A stretch of 64,000 nt of DNA from Takakia lepidozioides (Eukaryota; Plantae; Bryophyta), in NCBI GenBank assembly GCA_030704615.1, contig CM060734.1, forward strand, positions 37,138,001-37,202,000. Direction: 5' to 3'. Made by a program: the position numbers and the translations under genes. Positions 11,746 through 24,749 of the stretch are shown piece after piece. Each line of letters starts with the position of its first letter. Position 1 is the stretch's first letter. Below the pieces are notes generated by a model. The model saw only the letters and a program-made list of their open reading frames with translations, searched no databases and was not told the origin of the DNA.

Positions 11746-14700
11746 TACGTCACTTTCAATGCTTCTGAACATTGTCTTCTCCAATCTTGTGAGGGAGCTG
11801 AAACTCTGGGGAAACCTTCACTGAAATAAGTAGTGCTGGCCAATTCAGGTGCATGACTGGCAATGCACAATTGGGGTTGTGACTCAGAAATCTTCCCGTC
11901 GTACATTGACATTTGGATTGTTTCCACATCAGCACTTATATGTCGAGCAACACTAATTCAGGGACTCGCACTTGTGAACAAGAAGATGCAACAAAGTGCT
12001 CACGTGCATTTCATCAGTCCTTGTTTGCTGTTTTTCTCAGGTAGATGTTATGCATGAATTGCTAGAAAATGCATCAAGAGGTCCATCGTAGCTGGCTTTG
12101 CCTATCCAACAAATTGTTTGAATGCCCATGGTATATAGCTATCGGACCATTTCCCATCTTAACATGGTGCACATGTCTTTGTCGACGTTTCATGCTCAGA
12201 GATAGTCCAGGTTTCCATTTCACGAACTTACCAACTTGCAGAATAAAGTGCAAGTATGATGGCCGGTTGTTGCAGGTGGGAGTACAGCTTTCAACGGAAT
12301 TGTGGAATCTGAGCTGAAGTTTTCTACAATGCACGTTATGTACAATGCTCGGTGCGTGTTTGTTAGATGCCATTTGTTAATTAAGGCTTTACCTGCCTAT
12401 AAAGACTGTGGATACCAAAACTCACTTTCCATTTGCCAGTGGGCCCGGGCCGGTTGCAGACATTCTATCGCCATGTTGAAGTACTTTTTTCAAGTGAAAG
12501 TACTGCCACTGAATCATTGGCAGTGAAGCTGCTGCTTCGTTTTCGATTGTCACAAGTTTGCAGAAGCTGAAGCGAAGTAATTTCTTGCTGTTCTTTTGCC
12601 TGATCTGAACTGGTTGGACCATCTAGGTTAATCTCAATTATATGGTCACGATCAATTGAGGCTTCTTTGAAGTGTAGGTAGTTTACCTACAGGTAGTGTA
12701 CATTGTGCACCAATCTTGGACTATTGGGATAGCTTATTCTAGATGAAATCTTTCGGCCTGATTATACTCCTTAATACTTGTCTTGACCAGTTGACCTTTT
12801 TTTGCAATGCTGGAAGCAAATTATACGTCTTAGAATTAATTGACAAATATATATGACATGGGTGACTGAAATAATTGGGATTCACTGTATCACATCTCTC
12901 ATTGGTATGGTTCCGTAGTTGATAATCGGATGTCAGGTGCGCCTGACATCTGATGGTTACAAGTGAATTCACCTGGAATCATTGTTTCATCCTGGAAATA
13001 TAATGGTTTTCAGCTTGCATGTAATCCTATTTCTTCATGTCCACATCTGCTACATGCATTGTGGACGTTATATGGATATGTTCCTTAGAGTTAGTGATCA
13101 GTTCACTGTTGTATTTACTGTACCAGACTGGGAAACACAAAGTCCATGGATTTGTTCACTGCCTGTTCATGAGTCCTGCCTATTGAGAGCAAGGTCATGT
13201 TTTCAATTTTCTTTTGCTTGATGAAGCTACTTCAACTCTGCAACTGGAAAGAGTAAGGCCAGAGGTGTATGGATAGTTAGTTGGCAATGGGCCGTGGACC
13301 TCAACTGCACTGATTGTTACTGGTCTGCCCAGGTACAGCTAGTGGAAGTTCATCATGCAAAGCTTTTTGGCGATCGCTTTGGAAGGGTGGATCTCTGTGC
13401 CAATACAGGGAGACTCTTTGTGCATATCAGTATTGTGGCACTCTGATGATCCCCTAACTGGTGTGCTGTAGCGTTGTGCTCCGTCTCAGATTGAGATACA
13501 CAACTGTAGAAGTCTAGGGTGCTTTCCTTTGCAGGGTATTGGGAGTACGTCATATATGCCAGCTTAGCCATTTCTTGCCTGTGCTGCACCATCATGGTGT
13601 GAGAAGATAAATCCCTCAAATGGTCAACCCATTAACTGGCACTGACAGACCTCATAACTGGATGAATCTGCTGATAGTATGATCTTAGAGAATAAAGGAC
13701 AATAATTTATCTCTGTTTGGATTGGAGGTCTTCTGTGGGACTGAAAGCGACAATTAGTGCACATTGTAAGCAAGCAGCTGAGATGTTCAATTAACTGACG
13801 TGGGGCCTTCTTCATGCATTGTACGATTCAGCTTTGGCGCTCAAATGAAAGATTTTCTTCTAGAGGATTGGTCCTCCCAGGTATCCCTGCTTACTCAAGA
13901 CTAAGTATTTCATATTTCAGATTGCCTAAGTGAATACAGTTTATAGGAGCTAGCTAGCTTTCATCACACAGCAACCTCAGAAAATGCCAATATGTACTTC
14001 GCTGGAAGGTGGATAGCACAGATCATTGTAGTTGGATCATCCTGCCTATGTAGAATCTGGAATAGCCGTGAGCTGATGGAGGTCCACCTCTAGGTATGTG
14101 AAAGAATTCTCCAGATGATCTTGTACGTACTGATGTGGTGACTGCTGTGTTTGTGTTGTGTACACCAGCGGGATGGGGTGGTTTTTTGAGGGCAAAACAT
14201 GTCAAATTTCTCATCAAAGGAGGATCAAAGAGTAAGATGGTGATGTACTCAGCGGTACTCAGGCAGTGATTAAGGTTCGGGTGTTGACTTGCTCTTTCAC
14301 TGAAATGTAGCCTCCTTGATCAGTTCATAATCACTCTGAGAAAAGCTAGAAAAAAATTAGTTTTCACGTACACGTGAATTTATGTTCTTGTCCTTGAGCT
14401 AAGTCCATCGATATAGGTCCCAATGGCCGAATAAGATGCTGATACATCATATTGTTCGTCCCAATCACACAGCACTTATATATGGGACTTGAGGAAGAAG
14501 TTGGTGGCCTCCTTCCCGAATCCCTAGTTGCATCGTAGATGTTTCTTTCTTCACGTCCTCTCGTACTGTATGCATATTAACAGACTGATAGTAATCCACC
14601 AAGACGGAGCACAAGCGGTTCAGCTTCAACCATCTGGATGATCTTATTAAAAACCAATCGTTCTTAATGGAGAGGGATGCAGGGAGTGCTGGCTTGGATT

Positions 14701-15759
14701 ATTACTCACCTTAAACGTGCTGCAGCATTAGGACAGCAATGGATAGGACGAGAAGGAAGGTGGGGGGGGGGTATGACTGAGCAGCAGAAGCGAAAGGGTG
14801 GCAGTTGCCTGCCCACCATGCACAGCAGAATCCCCTGCTGAGAAAGATTAAAAAAGGTGCGAGTGAGAGATGGAGGTGTCAAGAGTGAAGTAGTAATTCA
14901 TCAGACATGCGGCTAATGGTGCAGTGCTGCAGTTGAGCACTTTCATCGATCTCTTAACCATCACAACAGAACTAAGGACATGAGAGAGATGCAGTACGTC
15001 ACGAACCTACAACTAATTCGACAAGAGTTGGCAATCTTGACCTAAATTTTAAACTAACCTTCATTTTTCAAGTCAAGGGGCAAGGTGTTTGGAAACAAAT
15101 CTGGCAAGACATCTGGAGGAAAGACAGATCATCTGCAAATGTACCTCTTCTTCCAACTGAACTTAAGTTACCTACTGGCTTTGGTATCTCAAAGAGGTTA
15201 TTGTTATTTTATGCCAGAAGTAGTTCCTATTTTGAAGAAGGCGGTTCCAAAAGAAGAGAACCCATAAGCCTGCAGTTACTCCCTAAATACCCTAAAATCT
15301 GCACCACGCACATTAAATAACCAATTGACCTAGTTACCCTTTTTATAATGGAGCATGCAATAGATGGCCCCATGGTTAGCCGCCAGGTTACAAGTGGTCC
15401 TGGGCTCAAAGCCGCATAGGTGTGTTGGCCCATAATGGGATGACTATCAACCGGTTACTCTGTGGGAACCCATGGGTTCAAACTTTCAAAGCCACAATGT
15501 AGGTGTATGTATGTTAGTTGTCACCCATTTATGGCCAACCGAATTGTGAAAGAGATAACTAACAACCGTTTACTCAATGCTAATGTGTGGGCACCTGGCC
15601 CCCCCCCTTCCACAGGAGTTGTCCGGTAGCTACTAGCTACCCTGTCAACAACCCCGTCAGTTATCTATCCAAAGTCAACTACAGAATTCTGTCAAAGCTC
15701 TGTTCTGATTCTCTATGTAGGGGTTCATAGACAAATTGCCCCTGGTTCTACATAGCAGC

Positions 15760-16345
15760 TGGAACCTACATGTACAGTAGCAATTATGAGTTGACAGAGA
15801 GATAGCTTACTCATATCAAGAGCAAGGAAACATTGTATGTACATATTGTGCAATGATCTACAGATTGACAGCTAGAGCTCATATTGAGCAGCTGGGTCCA
15901 CAGCATGATATATGTGGCCTCGGTTTCACATGGAACTATGCATGTACATCAGCAACAGAGTTGAGAGAGAGATAATATACTCACATTGATCAGCTCTCTC
16001 TCTCAACTCTTTTGCTGATTTAGTTGTACATGGTTCCTTGCCTGTTGGGAAATTTCTGGCATACATGTAAATCAGCTCAGATCTAAGAGGTCTACAAAGT
16101 GCTGTCACAAGGAACCATACATGTACAAATTCAATAACAGATCTTGGAGACTTTTGCTGGAGAATCATATGAGTCAGCAGGTCTAAGACTAGACGATCCA
16201 CAATTGGGTATAGCCTTCAGTATTACATGTACACGAGGGGGCAATAGATAATTTACTCATATGTCAATTGAGCCTGGAAACCTTAAATCAGCTCTTAGAA
16301 GAGATCTACAAAGTGCTGTCACTGTCTCCACAATTTGATGATTGG
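15760..16345. repeat. Degenerate tandem repeats downstream of orphan gene copy 2
   Basis: Recurring units acatgtaca..agata..tactca(t/c)at at about 15768, 15941 and 16225; atcagctc..aga..tctacaaagtgctgtcac at about 16071 and 16287, also at about 9150. Confidence 0.6.
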
Positions 16346-16366
16346 CAAGTAAATGAACTCAATAGG

Positions 16367-16825
16367 TCACTTGGGGCTGGGGGTATAGAGTTCTCCCATG
16401 ATCATTGGCGATCGAGGCCGGCGTGGCACATCAAGGAAAAGGTCAAAAGGCCGCTCCCGTGGAGCTTCTTCAGCCACCTGCACCGGTATCTTCTCGCCCA
16501 CAATTCCACGACCATCTGAGAGGGCAACAGAAGACTTCCTTGCAGATACGCCCACATTGCGAGAACAACCCGAAGTAGGGACATCAAGGGAGGTCTCCAT
16601 GGAGATCGAAACCGGTTTTCGAACTAGCTCCGGTGGTTGCTCCACTGCTGGGTTCTTGTGTGGCCGCCGCTGGGCTTGTGGCTTGCCAACTGGCAACGGT
16701 GTATCTGGGGCCCGTCGCTTTCGCACTGGCAATGGTGTATCTTTCTTACGACTTGTCTCAGTGACATCAGAAGTTTCCATTGTCTTGTGACCTGACATCT
16801 CATGACCACCATCAGAAGCTGCCAT
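16367..16825 (-). CDS. Unrecognised Pro/Arg/Ser-rich protein (orphan family, copy 2), 152 aa if unspliced
   Basis: Open frame MAASDGGHEM...; acceptor TGGCAG|GTTTTACGAAGATCATG is shared with 9982 and 10745; SGCSRNVGVSARKS..GRGI aligns with GACSRTGDSGRSSGRGI of copy 1; internal 36-bp duplication (DTPLPV twice). Confidence 0.45.
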   Translation of the reverse strand: MAASDGGHEMSGHKTMETSDVTETSRKKDTPLPVRKRRAPDTPLPVGKPQAQRRPHKNPAVEQPPELVRKPVSISMETSLDVPTSGCSRNVGVSARKSSVALSDGRGIVGEKIPVQVAEEAPRERPFDLFLDVPRRPRSPMIMGELYTPSPK

Positions 16826-17325
16826 GATCTTCGTAAAACCTGCCAATTGATCATCAGAAAGTGTAATGTGAGGCTAATGTACAACGCTCAGTAACATGCA
16901 AGAGCAAGAGATAGAACGGGGCTGCAAGAGAGCATAAGAAGACACAAACCAGCAGCCAGCTCGAAGACGACACCCTCTGTAGAATGACTGTCGCAATGAC
17001 ATAGTCTCGCCGCCAAAGAGTGTCTCCACACTCGACATGAACCTATCTATTTATGAATGAAGGGAAACCCTACTAGTTACCTACGTTGTTATGGGTAACT
17101 CACTAATATCGTCACAAGTAACTAATTACAGCTAGTAATTTCTGTTAAGAAGGAACCTGGACCCTTCCAGAAGAGTACAGTTTTAGTCCTGGCACTTTAA
17201 CGAATCTCAAGTATATTCTCACACTCTAGTTTGGTGAAGGGATCATTCTCTTCTTCTCGAATCGATTGGGAGGATCATTAAAGAATATTATTGACTCAAC
17301 TCAACTCGAGTTCCTAAATGCTTCC

Positions 17326-17780
17326 ATTTGGATTTGGGAGTTGGTTTGTAGCACAATCGGCTTTCCCCGACGAGCATCTTGATGAATTCCGCGTTGCTCA
17401 TAGGGTCCACTGCATTACAATGCAAGAGCCTCATTGTTAGAACTACATCAAATCATGAAAAAAGAGACAATATACAGTACCAGACCTCACACCATCATCT
17501 CGTGTGCTTACGAGTTTGGAATCATCATTATAATCCTCCCTTTTGAAGATTGTGCGCGCCTTTGGGCCTTTGATTTTGAGAACGGCTCTGTCTTGTGCTC
17601 TGCAAATTATAAGTTGGCCAAGTATTAGTCACTTACTCAAACACAGTTCATGTGCATAATTAAAAGGAACGCCTTATGAAAACCGATCAAACCAAGGAAC
17701 CAACCTTGCTGCTTGCTCCTCAGTGTCCCAAGCTCCTGCACATGACGCAGTACTCACCAAAAGTGCTTTAGACAGGATGT
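17326..17780 (-). pseudogene. Decayed exons of the orphan gene family (paralogs of 10099-10530)
   Basis: Exon 17599-17512 reads AQDRAVLKIKGPKARTIFKREDYNDDSKL; exon 17409-17326 has a 1-nt deletion and its donor is mutated GT to GG relative to copy 1. Confidence 0.6.
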
Positions 17781-18420
17781 GGTGTGCAAACTAATTGTAA
17801 TGGAAATATCTAAGCAACAAACTTGTTGTGTAGGACAACCAGCTAGCAGTGATATAATATTGCTAAAGAACTTAAAGGGAAGCATTCACCAGTGTAGATC
17901 CGGCGCTCTTTCTTGGGCCTGCTCCCATCTCATCACATTACCCAGGGGGGAAGTAGTGGGTTAAAACTTAAGGAATACACATACATTAATGCGTGCATGT
18001 ACCAAAATTTTACAAATAAGCTTCATAATATGGGATCTCATAAATTCATCTCAAGCGGCCAGTAGAAGAAAATCATTATAGATCTGTCTACAGGACATGA
18101 GCTAGCTATCATCACTTCGGCATTCCACATTTTTACTTGTACATAATTAGTTGGAACTGCTAAACCACAACACCCCACTCACTTCATCCAGGCACCCTTG
18201 CGGGTTGGTTTGTAATAGCAGATATTTTTGTGGATGGATTTCTTTGACACTTCTGGCATCTGGGGGCAACTTGGTGCCATTCTGCTCCTCTGTGAAGTGG
18301 TCATAAGAAGCAAGCCAGTACTTACTCGGTGCGGATACCCTAATCTCAGTCAAATGCAATATTTTATTGCAAACCTAGGTCTTGCCAATTACTTTCAAGC
18401 ATAGGGAAGAATTCAAAAAT

Positions 18421-19025
18421 TGAGGATTAGGTTCACGTTTAGAGAGGCCTTCTGCTAGGAGCTGTAGCAACACTACTCAAGAACCTTTAGTCACTTATCT
18501 AGCTGCAAGTAGCACTAAGTGCATCTGATCAAGTAGCTCAGCCAGCCTGCATTACAACTGGAGCTACTACTCACTCACAGGCTTATAAGGTGAACTGACA
18601 GAAGTCCACCGGTACGCTCTAGCTAGGTTCTCCTGGAGTTCGAACCAGCCCACTAAGTCTAGCTAGGATCTCTGGAAATAATCAATACCACATGGAGAAA
18701 AACATGACCGTCAGTAAGAAATTAGTAGGTAGTTGCACTAGGAGATCAAGCAGATTGTGCCCAAAGACGAATTTAGTTCGAATGAGGAAAAGAAAAGGTA
18801 TGCCGTCTTACATGGGAAAGAAAAAGAGATAAGAGAAGAGAAGAGAAGAGAAGAAGCAGAGTAGCTGGGGTCGGCCTGCAAGCAATATCCAGTCATGTCC
18901 CGGCCTCGTCCCGTAACTACATTCAGTCCTGAGTGTTTAGAACTGTAATCTGTAGCTCAAGAAGAAAGCTGACATTGGGTTTACAACGTCCACTGGAAGT
19001 CCGAATTCTACCAAGGTTATGGGCA
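18421..19025 (+). mobile_element. Candidate LTR plus PBS remnant of a second copia element
   Basis: TG at 18421 and CA at 19012-19013, followed by GGTTATGGGC (19015-19024), the same PBS type as at 19510; the left boundary is a guess. Confidence 0.35.
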
Positions 19026-19573
19026 TAGGAAAGCAGAGCAGAAAAACAGCTTATTTACGGACAAAGTAGAAACAGAAGAGAAAAGTGGGGACGGGGTCTG
19101 CGGCTCCCAATTCCAACCAATTTGCACACTGCAGCCATAATGAAACTACTGTTGAGTATGTATGCATACGATTGCAGTTCGCCAGTGAGCATTAGTTACT
19201 TACTGACTACTAAGCTGGTTTAGTTAGTGCCACGTGGGATTAGTTAATTAGATTCTTCCACTAGATATCTTCATGGACACGGTGTTTAGGTAGTGCTCTT
19301 GAATTTTGCCGCTCATTCCTTATGGCTGTAGTTGCAGTGTACAGTAGCAGCAATGTGCTCATTGTTGCAGTATAATGGAATCACGAAGCATACATAGGTT
19401 AATGACGAAGAAGGCTATCATACGATGCCAAGAGGTTGGTGAATGCAAATCTATCTATAGGAGTTGACGTAGTAGAGTCAACAGCAATTAACAGCAATTA
19501 TTTACAATAGGTTATGGGCCCACACAGCGTGGTGTTGCGCAGAGAGATTATCAAGGAAGTTTAGAGAGCTACT

Positions 19574-22500
19574 GTGAGCAAGAACGATGGAGAGAGACCT
19601 AGGAAACATCGAGCGGTTTTCGGGAGAGAACTTCCATCAGTGTTGAGAGGAAGAGATCTGATGACAGTTGTTGATGGAACTGAGACAAGAGATAACACCA
19701 TCTTGAGAGAAGTTGAGTGGATAAAGAAGGACAACATAGCAGTGAGCTTGTTGTGCCAAGCAATAGATAGGAAGTTGTTGAATCCTTTGCTAAGTTGCGA
19801 GACATCTGCTAGTATGTGGAGGAAGCTTATTACAATATACGAACAGAGGACTACAGAGAATGTTCATCAGTTACAGAAGAAATTTTATGAGTGCAGAATG
19901 ACAGACGGAAAGGATGTAGCTACTTACATTGGAGAGATAGAGCTAATTATTAGTCAGTTACGTGATCTTGGAGATAATGCTTTTAACGATGGATCTATAA
20001 TGACTAAGATGACTGCATGGGACAGTGTTCCCGAGGAGAGCAAGACGTTGGAGCAATTGACCTTGAGATTGCTCAAAGAGGAAGCAAAGATCAAGAAGCG
20101 TCAAAATCAGGAAGAGGCTGCAAATACTAAAGCATTTTTTGTGAACAAAGGCAAGAATCAGTATCCAAGTCGAGGCACACACAATGGGAGTTCCGTATAC
20201 CATGGTGGAGGTGCGAACAGTGGGAGTTCTTCAACCAGACAACCATTAACATACGAGCAACGGCAAGAGCGGCTACGAGAACTAAAGAAACGAGCTCTCT
20301 GCCACAATTGTGGTGGGCATTGGGAGAGGGAATGTCCTGAAAAGGTGCCAAACAATCCACCTAATGCTCCGGATCAAGGAAGAAAGGTTTTCATTGCAGA
20401 CGTACAAGATCATGAGTCGGCTTTCGTCACCCGGGCATTCATGGCAAGTTTCACAGAGATTGATTCAAGCGGAAACGTGGTGGTCGACGATGTGGCCGAC
20501 GATGATACAGTGTGGTATGCAGATAGCGGAGCATCTCAACACATAACCGATAAGAGACATTGGTTTAAGAATTTCAAGGCCATTCCTGTTGGCAAAATGC
20601 CAGTACAAGCCATAGGAAACCACACAGTGTGGGTGACTGGATGCGGAGAAATTGACATATTACCTCTTGTCAATGGACAGTGGGAGATTGCTGTACTGCA
20701 GGATGTTCTCTATGTACCGGGCCTTAAGAGAAATTTGTTCTCTATAGCGAGAATCGCTGCAAAGGATGTTATTACGACATACAGCAAACACGGCTGTAAA
20801 ATGTGGAGTGGGAAGACAGTCGTTATGGAGGGAATTCTCAAGGACATGATGTTCGAGTTAAAGATTCAAGTGATGATACCCATGGTACAAGCAAATTTTG
20901 CTGCCTCTCTTGGGACAAGTTCAACCATCGATGGACGTCAAAGTCTATATCTATGGCATTGCAGGCTGGGACATATTAACCCAGCTATGATTCAAAAGAT
21001 GGAGACCATAGGCATGGTTGAAGGATTGAAGATCATCGGCGATACAACACCTGCTGAAGTATGCAAGGGTTGTGTCTATGGCAAGAATCACAGAAAAAGT
21101 TTTCCTAAGAATGCTGACAAGGAGAAAGATACCATGCCTGGCCAACTCATACACACAGATGTGTGTGGTCCGATGAATGTAACTTCAGTTGGAGGAGCTA
21201 GGTACTATGTTTTGTTCAAAGATGATAGCACATGCTATCGTTTTGTTTACTGCATAAAGCGGAAGTCAGAGGTCTTAAGCTGCTTCAAGGACATGGTCCA
21301 GAAAGTGCACAGAGACACTCCACATCGCATTCGCACTCTCAGGAGCGACCGAGGTGGGAATACATCAGCAACGATTTCCAAGACTTTCTAAGACAAGAAA
21401 ACATTCGACATGAAATGACCGTTGCCTACACACCTGAACAAAATGGAGCGGCGGAGAGAGAGAATCGTACCATTGTCGAAAGTATTCGCAGTATGCTCCA
21501 GTTCCTTTGAAATTTTGGGGTGAAGCCACTCACACGGTTGTTTACTTACTTAACAGGACTGGATCTCGAATGCTTGAAGGCAAAACGCCTTTTGAAGCTT
21601 GGACAGAGATAAAACCGTCAGTGGAACACATGAAGGTGTTCGGTTGTGATGCATACATTCACATTCCAAAAGCCCTTCGTAAGAAGCTTGATGCTAAGAG
21701 CGAGAGAGGACTCTTTCTTGGATATTCTGATGAGAGCAAGGCTTATCGTGTCTGGGATACTGCAAGAAATCGAGTTGTTATTGTTCGAGATGTTATTTTT
21801 GACGAATCTTCTCCTCACGCGCCACAAGGTCAAGAGAATGTGAATTCTGCTGATAACCGCGTAACACTCATTGGAGTGTATCATCCAACTGTAGAAGCAG
21901 TTGTGCCTAGTCATACTGATGATCTTGCATGACCACAATCACCAGAGTTGATTGTAGATTTACACAATATTGCCCCTGAAGAGGATGTTGAGATTCCTCA
22001 ACAAGTTACAGTGACTCCTGAGGACATAGCCATTGAGCCTGAGATCTTACCTGGACGCCCGCAACCACTTGAGGACATAGCCATTGAGCCTGACATCTTA
22101 CCTCGATGCAGGCAACCACCTGAACGATATGGTGAATGGATTTACCCTGCACATGCATGCTCTGCCGAGGCAATTGAGCTACCAGAAGATCCAAAGACAT
22201 CTCATCAGGCTATGCACTCTGAACATGCTGACAAATGGATGGCTTCTATGACTGGCGAGTTTGATTCACTTATAAGGAATGAAACGTGGACACTCGTCGA
22301 TTTGCCTCCAGGGCGACGCACTGTGAGCTGCAAATGGGTATACAAGCTGAAGCTAAAATCCGATGGATCAATCGATCGATTTAAGGCCAGAGTTGTTGCT
22401 CGTGGTTTTACTCAGCAGCAGGGCATCGATTATGGTGAGACATATGCACCAGTTGCTCGATTTGACTCTATCCGCACTGTTTTGGCAATTGCAGCCATGG

Positions 22501-22728
22501 AGGACATGAACATGGTTCAATTTGATGTTAAAACAGCATTTTTATATGGGGAGATTGATGAAGAGATTTATATGGATCAGGCTCCAGGGTTTGCAGACTC
22601 TACAACTCCACATAAAGTTTGTCGGCAGCCGCCCCGACATATCTTATGCAGTTTCAAATGCTGCTAAGTTCTGTGCTACTCACACTCGTGCCCATTCTGT
22701 AGCTGTCAAGAGAATTCTGAAATATCTG
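19574..22728 (+). pseudogene. Disrupted copia gag-pol polyprotein
   Basis: Zn knuckle CHNCGGHWEREC (2-aa deletion), protease WYADSGAS, integrase WHCRLGH..CKGC, IHTDVCGP, RSDRGG, TPEQNGAAERENR and LFLGY, RT KARVVARGFTQ and FDVKTAFL. Frame breaks at about 21355 and 21505, stop at 21930, and a deletion at about 22622 that removes the RT catalytic YVDD region and jumps to SRPDISYAV. Confidence 0.93.
22018..22108 (+). repeat. 51-bp-period tandem duplication in the copia IN-RT linker
   Basis: tgaggacatagccattgagcctga(g/c)atcttacct twice (EDIAIEPEILP and EDIAIEPDILP). Confidence 0.9.
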
Positions 22729-22729
22729 G

Positions 22730-24560
22730 GAGCTCTCAGCGATACTACGAACATAAGATCCCATGACATCACACGCTAAATTTCCAATTGATCTGGGAAG
22801 AGATGAAGAGAAACCTAGCTAGAAAATTAGTTAAAATATCTGCATGTGCTCGCACTGCCACAAAGCTGAAAGCAAGATACAATTGCAAAATAGTCCTACA
22901 TACTACAAAGGGGCTAGTGATGGGTCCAAAGAGTCAAACCTGGAAATGTCTCCAGTGCAGCATGTTGGAGCTCTGGCAGGGAGCTCTCTCTGCAAGAGCA
23001 AGTGCGTCCACAGAATGTGCGTCGAGACAGAGTGTGTGTGCGCGTGAGGGTGCCGGATTGATTACTGCCCGACATTCCCGGGAACAGCTCCGATTATTTC
23101 TCTCTCATCGAACGGTTTCTGCTCAATATACCGATCCAACGACTTGCAACCCCATGCAGGATTGTTTTTTAATCAGGATAGTTCTATTCTTTACTATTAT
23201 TTTTTAATGACTCACATGAGTCACCAGTGTACTTTTCATCCAACGAACGACCTTCCAACGAACTAACTACGAACTAGCTAACTCCGTCGACCCAACCGTT
23301 TCACATTTTAGAAGTTCGAGGAATATTCTGATCGTGTTAGCATTTATTTCATTTGTGAAAAATGAATGGAGATTGGATGAATGTAGTATTCATCTAAGGT
23401 CCATGGCCTGAGGCGGGCATCGGGCGCCTGATGTTTCAGCGGGTGCCCGGTGTTGTGGAGCTCCGCTGGAGAGAATGTGCAGACGGGTGCGTAGGGAAGA
23501 GCTTTAGGAATGCGTGGTCCTGTGCATCGCTGCAGACGAGATTAGGGTACCATAGCTCGCGATATGGCAGCCATTATGCGGGAGCACTTCGTTTCTCAAC
23601 TTGTAGTGCGAGACATAGTTGCGCTTGAAGTGGTATGCTCATGGTGTCTATATTGCGAGAGATGATCCTGCTCTTTTCTTGATTTGCTATGCGCGCGGTC
23701 TTTTACGTTTCATGGCATCCAGGTACGTACCTGCACTTCCAATGCTTCTGAACACTGTCTTCTCCAATCTCGTGAGGGAGCTGAAATTCTGGGGAAAAAT
23801 TCACTGAAATAAGTAGTGCCCAATTCATGTGCATGACTTGCAATGCACAATCGGGGTTGTGACTCAGAAATCTTGCCAAGGGCATGGTTTCCACGTCGGA
23901 ACTTATATATCGATGCTCAGGTAACACTAATTCAGGGACTGGCACTTTGTGAACAAGAAGATGCAACAAAGTGCTCATGTGCATTTCATCAGTCCTTCGA
24001 CGAATCAATAGCATCAATAGCACAGAAGATTCCGATGCAACTTACAGTGCGAGACATAGGTGCGCTTGAAATGGTGTGCTTATGGTGTCTATGCGAGAGA
24101 TGATCATGCTCTTTTCGTGATTTGCTATGTCGATTTTACGTTCCATGGCATCCAGGTAGGTACCAATGCTTCTGAACATTGTCTTCTCCAATCATGAGGG
24201 AGCTGAAGTTTTGGAGAAAACATGTACAATCGGGGCGGGTTGTGGAGAAATCTTAACGTGCATTGGCCTTTAAATGATCAATTATTAGTGTACTGATTCA
24301 ATTGAAGTGCCTGCATCTCCAAGGATAGTGTTTCCCCCTCTGCAGATACAATCATACATGTCGATGCCCAGGCAACATTCAGAGACTACAAGAAGATGCA
24401 GCAAAGTTCTCACATTCCATCAGTCCTTTGATGATAGTATCCTCAGGTACATGTTGATTGTCTAACAAATTGCAGGAAACCTTTCTTGTGCACAGCAGTC
24501 GCTTAAAAGCCCATACAGATATCTATCCTACCTCCCAACTTAACATGGTGTGTCTCATAC
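22730..24560. repeat. Segmental duplication copy 2, right part (paralog of about 10720-12180), with internal re-duplication 24045-24430 of 23605-24000
   Basis: ccatga..cgctaaa..ccaattgatc at 22761-22793; near-identical core 23423-23725; tgcgagagatgatc.tgctctttt occurs at 11678, 23654 and 24092. Confidence 0.85.
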
Positions 24561-24749
24561 TCTTCTAGAAATCAAATACATTTTCCTCACACTGTTCAAC
24601 TACATTGTTTCTTTTAACTCAATGCACCATGCCCGTCCCAAATTGTTGAGGCCAGTGGTCTTCTATGAATGAATACATCATTGCTAGCTAATTGACCTTC
24701 CCAACTTAAGGCAAGCAGCCTATTGAGGTGAAGAGACACCATAATTTCC

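Larger units (their letters stand above)
9100..12180. repeat. Local segmental duplication, copy 1 (paralogous to about 16050-17780 plus 22730-24560)
   Basis: Colinear matches: 9120-9200~16265-16340; 9960-9985~16818-16843; 10090-10200~17315-17430; 10278-10335~17503-17560; 10503-10525~17737-17760; 10725-10910~16820-17035; 11240-12020~23195-24000; 12120-12175~24505-24552. Confidence 0.85.
19150..22728 (+). mobile_element. Ty1/copia LTR retrotransposon, 3'-truncated (candidate 5' LTR ~19150-19509, PBS 19510-19523, no RNase H or 3' LTR)
   Basis: Domain order gag-PR-IN-RT; PBS GGTTATGGGCCCAC; candidate LTR starts TGTTGAG. Confidence 0.92.

Noticed and set aside
12200-15300. Scattered short ORFs and splice-like sites
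   Set aside because: No coherent frame or recognisable domain could be assembled.
15419-15495. tRNA-derived SINE head (A-box-like tggcccataatgg, B-box-like gggttcaaact); similar at 58660-58725
   Set aside because: Too degenerate, with no tail or TSD identified.
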